This document shows, in pieces, positions 35,227 through 43,400 of a DNA stretch of 52,539 nt; positions within the stretch are counted from its first letter, which is position 1; every line of letters starts with the position of its first letter. Both the position numbers and the translations under genes were made by a program. The stretch comes from a virus (lineage: Duplodnaviria > Caudoviricetes), in the IMG/VR virus record IMGVR_UViG_3300017700_000625, positions 1-52,539 of that record; one strand, given 5' to 3'. Below the pieces are notes generated by a model. That model was not told the origin of the DNA and ran no database searches. It saw only the letters and a program-made list of their open reading frames with translations.

Positions 35227-35735
35227 CCGAACCCGCCCACCCGCCACTGCGTAACCCGGAATGCGCCGACTGCGGCGGCAGTTCAATGCTCACGTGGGGA
35301 TCCGCGATCTATCCCCACCGCCCCGATTTGGCGTCTAAACGCTACTGGCGCTGCGTGCAGTGCGCAAACAGTTACGTTGGATGCCATCAGGGCGGCGATG
35401 GGGAGGATGCGCTAGGCCGCCCCGCAGGCCCTGAGACGCGGCGCGCGCGCAACCTGCTGCACGGCCTGCTTGACCCACTCTGGCGCGATGCCCCCGATTT
35501 CGACGGCTATGGAGGTCAGGGCAAGCGGTATCACATACGCCAGAAAGCCCGCGTTCGCGTCTATGCCTGGCTGCAATATCGGTTGGGCATCCCGGCCGCT
35601 GAATGCCACATCTCGCATTTTGACCTGACCCGCTGCCGGCTCGCATGGCGCGCGCTGAACGGCCAGGCCTATGGCAATATCCGCCGCTGGTACAAAGACG
35701 AGGGCGGCGAAACTGAAGTGGAGCGGTTGGGCTGA
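35223..35735 (+). CDS. Zinc-finger protein, DUF3268 family
   Basis: CADCG, IYP, CVQC..YVGCH, LGRPA, DPLW, YAWL, CHI; GTGA-coupled start. Confidence 0.85.
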   Translation: MTEPAHPPLRNPECADCGGSSMLTWGSAIYPHRPDLASKRYWRCVQCANSYVGCHQGGDGEDALGRPAGPETRRARNLLHGLLDPLWRDAPDFDGYGGQGKRYHIRQKARVRVYAWLQYRLGIPAAECHISHFDLTRCRLAWRALNGQAYGNIRRWYKDEGGETEVERLG

Positions 35736-36160
35736 TGAAACACAAGTTGAGGCTGGCGATTTGGGAGGCGCAGGGCCGCGCCTGCATCCTATGTGACAGG
35801 GCGCTGCAGCGGCCGAAGCCCGCAGAGTCGCCGCACGATCCCGAAGGGGCCAGCCGTGAACACATCTGGCCGCGCGCCGCCGGCGGGCCGCTGGTGCTTC
35901 TGGCGCATGCCCGATGCAACCGCGCTAAAGGCGATCGCCCGCCAACCGCCCGCGAACTCACGCGCATTGAAACGACGCTGAAAGAACTGGCGCCGGCGGC
36001 GCTGAGCGAGGTTTTGCGGGGCTGCGCTGATCGGCTGAGGCAGGCAACGGCTGACGTCGACGTCGCCAGGCAGGCAATGATGGTGGTCCTGCGCTATGCG
36101 CCTACTGCGGAAGCCGCTTCACTTCTAGCATCGCTGGCGGCTCCCCAAACCCACCCTTGA
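35735..36160 (+). CDS. HNH endonuclease-like protein
   Basis: QGRACILC...EHIWPRAAGG...LAHARCNRAKG. Confidence 0.8.
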   Translation: MKHKLRLAIWEAQGRACILCDRALQRPKPAESPHDPEGASREHIWPRAAGGPLVLLAHARCNRAKGDRPPTARELTRIETTLKELAPAALSEVLRGCADRLRQATADVDVARQAMMVVLRYAPTAEAASLLASLAAPQTHP

Positions 36161-36518
36161 TGCGTTCCAAGGCGGCGGCCTTGTCGATTTCAATTTGTGC
36201 CTCAAACCGTTTGGTTTCGCGCTCCACCTTGGCGGCATGCTCGAGGGTTTCGCGTTCGCGCTTGGCCGCGACAGTCTCATGGCGGCTGGTGGAAAAGCCC
36301 TGACCCACCTTGATTAGTTGGTAGGCGATGGGGATGGCGATGGACGCCAGCGCGATCTGCGTGGCCGTGAGGCCCTGCGTCATCTGCTTTTCAACGCTGC
36401 CCAGCGCCGCCAGCAGGTTCGGGTCAATCCCGTCGAACTGCGCGTCAAGGTACTGGCTGGCCTGCTGGCCCATTATGGCGAACATGCCGACGGCGCCGCC
36501 CACGATTGCAAATTTCAT
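36102..36518 (-). CDS. Membrane protein (holin/antiholin candidate)
   Basis: Two hydrophobic segments, charged C-terminus, last gene of lysis cluster. Confidence 0.5.
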   Translation of the reverse strand: MKFAIVGGAVGMFAIMGQQASQYLDAQFDGIDPNLLAALGSVEKQMTQGLTATQIALASIAIPIAYQLIKVGQGFSTSRHETVAAKRERETLEHAAKVERETKRFEAQIEIDKAAALERIKGGFGEPPAMLEVKRLPQ

Positions 36519-36805
36519 ACAGCCTGCCCCGTACCCGCGCCCGGCGCGCGCGGCGCAGCGGGCTTGCTCATAATCGCGACGAACCCGAACCCGATGGCCA
36601 GGATGATGGGCCAGCCGCCGCCAATGTTATTCCAGACGGGCGATTTCGTCGCCCCCATCACATAAAACAGATAATAGACCAGCGTTGGGAGGGCAAAAAA
36701 GATTCCCAGCACGCGGAAGATGGGCGCGGCCGTCTTGTCGCCAATTGTATAGAGCCAGCAGAACAGCGCCACACACGTGATGAAAAGAATGAAAGCCGAG
36801 TCCAT
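36515..36805 (-). CDS. 3-TM membrane protein (holin candidate)
   Basis: 96 aa, three TM helices, in lysis cluster. Confidence 0.55.
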   Translation of the reverse strand: MDSAFILFITCVALFCWLYTIGDKTAAPIFRVLGIFFALPTLVYYLFYVMGATKSPVWNNIGGGWPIILAIGFGFVAIMSKPAAPRAPGAGTGQAV

Positions 36806-36807
36806 GG

Positions 36808-37713
36808 TTACGCTCCCGCAGGCCGCTGGCGCCGCTCCATCATGGTATCATTCACGAACGCGGCAATAAACAGGAGGATGGCAGACGCGATCAGGGTGGC
36901 GATGGAGCCCCAGAACTTCCATTTTGTTTCATCACCCATCAGCGCGGCCATTTCCTGCAGATGCTCAACGCCTTCGCTGTCGACTTGATCCACGATTTTC
37001 TCACGCTCCGCATCCAGCCGCGCCTGAATCTCCGCGCGTTTGGCAATGGCCTTTTCGGCTGTTGAGATATCGGACCGCAGGTCGGCCGCCTGGTTGCAGA
37101 GGCTGCGCGGGTAGATTTTCAGGTCAGCGTCACAATCGCCGCCCGGGTTGTTATCCAGCTTCGGCAAATCCCATTGCCGGCCGATGTTTTCCACCTTGCG
37201 AAGCGATTCACGGTCTGCCTCGAGGCCGATATCAATGGTTTCGGGGAGTGCTCGCAAATCGCCCTCAAGGCTGCGAATTTGCTTGATGATGGCGTCACGG
37301 TCGCCCGTGGCCTCGATCTGGTGCGCGCCGCGGCGGATGCTGTCGGCGGCGAGGTTCGACCAGACGCCCAAAAGCACCACGCAGGCGGCGCCAAGCGCCA
37401 GGGCGGCGTTCAGGCATCCCTTGTAAAAATGCCCCGCCCGGAAAGACTCCATCATCAGGCGAGTCAGGAAGATGGCCGCCAGAGAGGTTCCCACGCCGCC
37501 AAGCGCGGCGAGCGGAAGGCCGGGATGCCACAGCTGTTGAAAGCCAAGGGTGGCGTTCCGGCTTTCCCAGATGAAGACGCCTAGCACGGCGGCCCATCCG
37601 ATGACGTCGGTTCCGTAGGTGCGCACGCGCCGCGGCAGCGCTCCCCACCACCGGCGCCACTTCTGGCCGAATGTCCGATATTCGTTCCGGCCGTCAACGC
37701 TAGGATTGGCCAT
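36808..37713 (-). CDS. Multi-pass membrane protein with coiled-coil loop
   Basis: 3 TM, coiled coil with a Cys pair, then 1 TM. Confidence 0.7.
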   Translation of the reverse strand: MANPSVDGRNEYRTFGQKWRRWWGALPRRVRTYGTDVIGWAAVLGVFIWESRNATLGFQQLWHPGLPLAALGGVGTSLAAIFLTRLMMESFRAGHFYKGCLNAALALGAACVVLLGVWSNLAADSIRRGAHQIEATGDRDAIIKQIRSLEGDLRALPETIDIGLEADRESLRKVENIGRQWDLPKLDNNPGGDCDADLKIYPRSLCNQAADLRSDISTAEKAIAKRAEIQARLDAEREKIVDQVDSEGVEHLQEMAALMGDETKWKFWGSIATLIASAILLFIAAFVNDTMMERRQRPAGA

Positions 37714-38053
37714 CCGCTGCCCTCGCCTCTTTTTCGATTTGCACCCACTCGCGCATGCGTTGCTCGCATAGCGCTTTCGCCCCGATGGTTTCGACCAGAG
37801 ACACGCCCAACGCCCCGAAGTTTTCGAGGCAGTAGCCCGCGCGCGACGGGTCAGGCGTGCATTTGACGCTGATGGGCGTGGCGTCGAACAGACACGCCGG
37901 CGGCTGAACCTTGAATCCGCGATCGATGATCGGCTTACTTGCCGGGCAAGGGGTTTCCACCCACCGGGGCGCTTCCGGCTGCTGGAAGGATGGCGTTGAG
38001 CATCCCAACATAGTCAGCAGGATAATTGCTGCGCAGGCATACTTCCACCGCAT
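37700..38053 (-). CDS. o-spanin (Rz1-like lipoprotein)
   Basis: Signal peptide with MLGC lipobox, Pro/Cys-rich, overlaps i-spanin by 119 nt. Confidence 0.8.
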   Translation of the reverse strand: MRWKYACAAIILLTMLGCSTPSFQQPEAPRWVETPCPASKPIIDRGFKVQPPACLFDATPISVKCTPDPSRAGYCLENFGALGVSLVETIGAKALCEQRMREWVQIEKEARAADGQS

Positions 38054-38426
38054 TGCGAATCGCCTCCCGTGCCACGGCGCTGTTTTCGGCGCTTTTCTTG
38101 GCGGCGTCCAGCATCACAGCGTCAGCCCGCCCGTTTTTGGTCGCGGCTTCGGCTTGTCGGACACGGTCGGCGGCCAGGTCATCGGCAATGATTTTCAGCT
38201 GTTCGCCAACGGCCAGATGATAGTTTGTGTTCGCGGCCCTGCATTGCGCGAGTTCGGAATCCCGCGTTGCAATGGTGGTGTTTCGCGTCTGGATGACGGC
38301 GGCCGCCTTCTGCGCCGCCTTTTCGTATCCCGCATCATAGCGCGGTTGCCACAGCAGCGCGCCGGCGGCGATGGCGCCGACGGCAAGGCCCGCAAGCCCG
38401 GTCTGGATGGTGCTGAGTCCGAACAT
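37935..38426 (-). CDS. i-spanin (Rz-like)
   Basis: N-terminal TM plus Ala-rich coiled coil, directly after the endolysin. Confidence 0.8.
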   Translation of the reverse strand: MFGLSTIQTGLAGLAVGAIAAGALLWQPRYDAGYEKAAQKAAAVIQTRNTTIATRDSELAQCRAANTNYHLAVGEQLKIIADDLAADRVRQAEAATKNGRADAVMLDAAKKSAENSAVAREAIRNAVEVCLRSNYPADYVGMLNAILPAAGSAPVGGNPLPGK

Positions 38427-38437
38427 GGGGCCGACTC

Positions 38438-39220
38438 CTATGCGTAGAGGGCGCAGCGTTTGTCATAGAGCTTGCGGCAGCTGGCCTCATAGGCCGCGAT
38501 ATCGCCATGGCCGTTATAGGTGGCGATTACAGGCCAATTCATGCCCTGCAGCGCGTCCACCTTGTCTTCGATTTCGAACCACCGAACGCACAGTTCAAGG
38601 TGGTTCGCCTCGCTTACGTTGGCAAATTCGATCATAGCCGCCGGGCTGGTGAAGCCCATGCGCGACCAGTGGAACACCATGACCTGAAAGCGGCCGACGC
38701 TGAGGCATTGGCAGGCTGCGTCAAAGTTCAGAGCCGCCTGCGCCGCCCACAGCTTCCATCGTGCTTTTTGATCCATGTTCAGCGGGTGCGCGCCCCACTC
38801 TGCCAGGAACTCAGGCGGCAGCTTGTGCGGCTGGCTGACCTTCACCCACTTCGGATATGAAAGGTGAGGGTGGCTGAGGTCATAGGCGCCGAACGTCAGC
38901 TTTGAGAACCACTGCGGCTCATTCGCGATGGTCAGGCGGCCATAGTCGCTAAAGCCGCCATCCGGCCCGGACTCCTTGTCGCCAATGACGTGCAGCACCG
39001 CGCCGGGGATCCTGCGGCCGCGCGCCACCGTCTTGATATCCGAGACAGACAGCGGCGTGATGGTGCGGGGGCGCAACTCGAGAATATACGAAATGTTTGC
39101 GAGATTGACGGCCTGGTCCTGCTTTTCCTTCAGCGACTTGCCGACGGTGACCCGCACCGCCTGCCGGGCGATCGCCGCCGGGTTCACCAGAGACGCCGCG
39201 ACCTTAAGCATTCCGCCCAT
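38438..39220 (-). CDS. Endolysin, N-acetylmuramidase DUF3380 family
   Basis: KES..GGF, EPQWF, SYPKW, SVGRFQVM..HW..MGF, E.NHL, YNG. Confidence 0.85.
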   Translation of the reverse strand: MGGMLKVAASLVNPAAIARQAVRVTVGKSLKEKQDQAVNLANISYILELRPRTITPLSVSDIKTVARGRRIPGAVLHVIGDKESGPDGGFSDYGRLTIANEPQWFSKLTFGAYDLSHPHLSYPKWVKVSQPHKLPPEFLAEWGAHPLNMDQKARWKLWAAQAALNFDAACQCLSVGRFQVMVFHWSRMGFTSPAAMIEFANVSEANHLELCVRWFEIEDKVDALQGMNWPVIATYNGHGDIAAYEASCRKLYDKRCALYA

Positions 39221-39222
39221 GC

Positions 39223-39250
39223 AAAAACCCTCCCGCCTGCGCGAGAGGGT
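39223..39250 (-). terminator. Intrinsic terminator immediately before the endolysin start
   Basis: accctctcgc-GCAG-gcgggagggt followed by TTTT. Confidence 0.75.
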
Positions 39251-39283
39251 CTAGGGCAGAATCACTCTGGCAGCAAACGGGGG

Positions 39284-39550
39284 CTAGTCTTTCGACTGGC
39301 TCCCTGCCGCCTCTTTGACGGCCGCCAGTTCCTTTTGCGCGGTATCCAGTTGAGAGGCGAGGCTTTCGAGCGCGGTTCGCATATACCCGGTTTCCCGAGC
39401 CGAGCCCGTAGCCACTGCCACGGCTTTTGCGGCAGCGGTCTGCGCTTCATTGCGTTGGGCCTCGAGCGCGGCCACCAAATCGTTATGCGACTGCACAAGG
39501 TCGCTCACGAAAACGCCAGAGTAGTTGGCCTGCAGGTCGATTTTCATCAT
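39284..39550 (-). CDS. Hypothetical coiled-coil protein
   Basis: 88 aa, ATGA overlap. Confidence 0.6.
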   Translation of the reverse strand: MMKIDLQANYSGVFVSDLVQSHNDLVAALEAQRNEAQTAAAKAVAVATGSARETGYMRTALESLASQLDTAQKELAAVKEAAGSQSKD

Positions 39551-39831
39551 TTGCCGCCGTCCTCGGTCACAATCGTTTCCGTCGAAATCATCCCGTAAAT
39601 CGGCATGATCTGGTTGACGGTATAGTCGCGCACGTAGGCGCCGACGCTGAGTCCAAGGTCGCGAATGCGCAACGTATGGTCATTGCCCATGACGATGATT
39701 CCGGTGGCTGCGCCCACGATTTCCTCAGCCTGCTTGGCCAGTGCCGCGAACTTCCCGCGCAGGTCTTCTAAAACCTCCGCGTTATGTTTCGCAGCCTTGG
39801 CCTGAATTGCTGAAATTTCCTTGGCGTCCAT
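39547..39831 (-). CDS. Hypothetical protein
   Basis: SD aagga before ATG 39831. Confidence 0.6.
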   Translation of the reverse strand: MDAKEISAIQAKAAKHNAEVLEDLRGKFAALAKQAEEIVGAATGIIVMGNDHTLRIRDLGLSVGAYVRDYTVNQIMPIYGMISTETIVTEDGGK

Positions 39832-39845
39832 CGTAATGATTCCTT

Positions 39846-40343
39846 CTATTCGTTCGGCCAGACAATGCCGGCGGTGGGTTGGCGAGCGAGCGGCCGCCAC
39901 GCATACGGCCACTGTTCGGCCGGATAAAGCTTATCGGGGGTTTTGCTGTCCATCCGCCACTTTCGGCCGTCGAGTTCAACAATCAGGACAGCGTGACCGG
40001 CCAGCGAGCCGTCAGGCTCTGTTACCTCGCCGGTTTCAATCGTCATCTTTTTCGGATCAAGGCCAAGAGCGATCAGCGCGGCGCGCGCGGTCACCACCCG
40101 GTCATCGCAATCCCCGTGACGGTCGACGGGAAACGCCAACCATGGGTCATCCGGCGCCGCATACGTTGTGACGGCCGGGTCAGGCTGGATTACTTCAGTA
40201 ACCAGCATGTTCAAATATGCGAGGTCCAGCGGCGTGATGGTTTCCACCACGCAGCCAGGGTCACGGCTGCGGCCGCAGTATTCCAGCCAGCTATAAGGGA
40301 TCGTGACGGCGGCAACCTGAAAGAGCGCGGCGGCGATAATCAT
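39846..40343 (-). CDS. Transglutaminase-like cysteine peptidase (BTLCP/C93, LapG-like)
   Basis: Hydrophobic N-terminus; DPW...GDCDD, GHAVLIV, WRMD (Cys-His-Asp triad). Confidence 0.8.
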   Translation of the reverse strand: MIIAAALFQVAAVTIPYSWLEYCGRSRDPGCVVETITPLDLAYLNMLVTEVIQPDPAVTTYAAPDDPWLAFPVDRHGDCDDRVVTARAALIALGLDPKKMTIETGEVTEPDGSLAGHAVLIVELDGRKWRMDSKTPDKLYPAEQWPYAWRPLARQPTAGIVWPNE

Positions 40344-40386
40344 GGGGTGTCCTGTCCTGCAAGGCTTCCACATACCCCCGCCGGCC

Positions 40387-40417
40387 GTTAATGCCAAGTT
40401 AAAATCCCGAATTCTGG
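40387..40417 (-). promoter_or_regulatory. Perfect CtrA box TTAA-CTTGGCA-TTAAC with adjacent operator CCAGAATTCGGG
   Basis: Box 40387-40402; operator 40406-40417. Confidence 0.75.
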
Positions 40418-43400
40418 CTAGCTGGTTTTGCTGAAGTTGTAGCTTTGGCTGATGACGGCGGTGTTGCCGAGACTATCGCGAACCACGCACTGAACGCGAC
40501 CGGTCGAATCCTGGCCGGTGCTGAGGGAGGCCGCGACAGTAACGGTTGCAGTCGTGGCGTTTGTTAGGGTCGCTGCAATCCCGGCCTCATACGGCATTTT
40601 CGTCCAGAGGTAGGTATAGCTCCCGCTTCCGCCGGTCGCGGTCACGGTGATATTTCCGGTGAATCCGCTGGACCCCACCACGTTGATTGCCGAGCCGATA
40701 GAAACTTTAACCGGGGAACTCAGTTCGGCGCTGCCGTAGTAAACCTTTCCATCTGTCGCCAGCGCAAACACGCCGTTCGTTTTGGTGGCAGTCGCGCGCG
40801 AAATCGATCCGAGGCCATACCAGAGGACAAGGTCAGATGATGCGCCGAAGCCAGCGCCATGGCGAACCACATAGCTTCCTGATGTGAGGTCGATTGCGCC
40901 GGCGGTGATGTTGCCAAGGTCAGCGCTGATGGCTGAAAGCGTCGACACACTGATTTTTGCGGCCGTGATAGCGCCATCAACAATCAGTTCGCCAGAGGCC
41001 GCGCGGTTGAGTCTGGGGAGGGCCGCGTAACCCGTGCCGGCGTTCGTAAGGCTTCCCGATGCGGCGCCAGACCACGCGCACAGAATAATTATCGATGCGT
41101 AGGCCGCGGTTGATGGGGCGGCAGCAATGCCTGTCACAGAACCATTTGCGGCAGCGACGGCGGCGACATAGCGATAATCAGTACCGGCGGCAACAGGGGT
41201 TATGCCTCCAATCGCAGACCCGGCCTGGTCGTACCACTGCACATAGGCTGCAAAAATTCCGGTGAACCCGGTGCTTACCCGATACGAAAAGGCAAACCGA
41301 TATGACTTTCCAGACTCAACCTTTGCGCGATAGCCCGACGCAGACATTGCGGTTGAGTTCGTCCCCTCCGTCTTGCCTGCGCCAGCCACCGATATGCCAC
41401 GCGACGCCGCAAGTTGTCCGGTTATCTCCGTACTGGTCGACGTTGCAAAATGCACGAATGACCAGCACGTGGAATCCTCTGCAAAGAGGTCATCGCGAAC
41501 ATAGTTTGTTACATCAGCGAGAGTGATTTTTGACGCGACGATTGCGCCGGCTGCAATTTCGTTTGCGGTGATGGTGAGGGCTGCGATTTTCGCAGCGGTG
41601 ATACTCCCGTCAACAATCAGTTCGCCATTAGCCGCCCGGCGCATGGCAGGGAATGCAAACGAGCCCGTTCCGCCCTTGTTGCGGGTCGCATAATCGGTGC
41701 TCCAATCAACAATGAGGCGAACATAGCCTTTCACGGCCGTGGCTGGCGCTGAGGCTATCCCGCTGAATACGCCGGTGACCGTGCTGGCTGCAGCGACGGT
41801 CAAATAATTCGCGAATCCTATAACGCTGGTGCTGATGACGCTTCCGGCGGCGTCCAGCCATTCAATGTCCAAATATATGTATCCATTGAATCCGGTGGTG
41901 ACGCAGTAGGATGCGCTGGCGTGATAGGGCTTGCCCGGAACTACAAGAGACGAGTAGGCGCGCTGATACAGGTAGTTATACCTGGTGGCAGGGTCAGCTA
42001 GTGCTGCGCCAGTGACTCGAAAAACTCTTGCCGCATTCAGGGCGGTTACGTCTGCTCCAGACGTTTCATAGGTTCCATAAATGGCGCCGCCAACTCGCGT
42101 CCAAACGGCGGAATCTGAAAAGTCTGGCGATGCAACTAGGCTGGTGCTGTCAGTGATGGCCAGTTTTGACGCGGTGATGGCCAGCGCTGCGATTTCTGTG
42201 GCCGTGATCGCGGCGGCTGCAATCTTGGCCGTGGTGATCGTATTGGCGGCGATTTCAGCGGCAGTGATGGAGAGCGCGGCGATTTTGCCAGCCGTAACAG
42301 CGCCGGCCGCAAGTTCGTTTGCGGTGATCGTAAGCGCTGCAATTTTGATTGCCGTAATCGAGCCGTCCACAATCAACTCGCCATTGGCCGCGCGGCGAAT
42401 GGTGGGCGAGTGCGCTGTAATTACGGTGTTAGCCGTTGTCGCATTCACCACCATTCTCAGCTTAACGCGCCTGGCATTGCTTGGGCTGGTGAAGGTGTTG
42501 GACAGATAGTGAAGCTGATTTGTAGCGACCACAGAGCCGATAGTTGATGAGCTAATGAACGTCAAAACGCCCACGTTACTCATTGAGTACCAGTCGGCAT
42601 AAACGGTGATAGTTGGGTTATCGGTTGCGCTGTCGCGACCAACGCCAAGCATCAAATAATATGGCTTAGATGGCTCCACGCTTGCGGGCGCGAGGGTGAG
42701 CGTTCCGCCAGTATTCTGAGCGCCGGAAATCCATCTGTTCTTTGATATGGTGGTTAGGCCGGTTCCGCTGAGGGAGCCGCTGAACGTGGTGGCCACAAAG
42801 TTGGCGGCCTCCACCATGTCGGCATCGCCGAAAATGTTGGATGTGTCGCCAATGGCCAATTTCGAGGCGGTAATGGCGAGGGCTGCAATCTCTGTTGCGG
42901 TCACTGCGCCAGCGGCCAGCTTTGCCGTGGTGATGGCGTTGGCGGCAATGTCGCCGGCGGTGATGGATAGCGCAGCAATCTTGCCCGCCGTGATCGCGCC
43001 TGCCGCGATATCTCCCGCGACGATTGAAAGCGCGGCGATCTTACCAGCGATGACGGATCCCGCCGCCAGTTCGGATGAGCCAACGGCGCCGGCCGCGATC
43101 AGGGCGGCGGTGATTGCGTCCGTTGCAATCTGCGCAGTCGCGATGGCGCCGGTGATATCGGCCGCAGCAACCACTGAAGTGAACGCGCCAGAGGCATAGC
43201 GGTACAGCTTGCCATCGCTGGTCAGCATCACCGTGCGGCCGGTGAAGTTGCCAGTAACCGGAAGCGTGGCGACAATCTCAACAGTCGTCAGGCCGCTTGC
43301 GAGCTTTGTGTTATCGATCGCGGCGGCGGCGATCTGCGCGCCCGTGACAGTTCCGGTTAGGTCGACCGTTGGAACTTCGGCAGTCCATGCGCCCGAATGG

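Noticed and set aside
42160-43160. CRISPR-like or DGR repeat array
   Set aside because: Degenerate in-frame 30-nt coding repeats; no spacers, cas genes or reverse transcriptase
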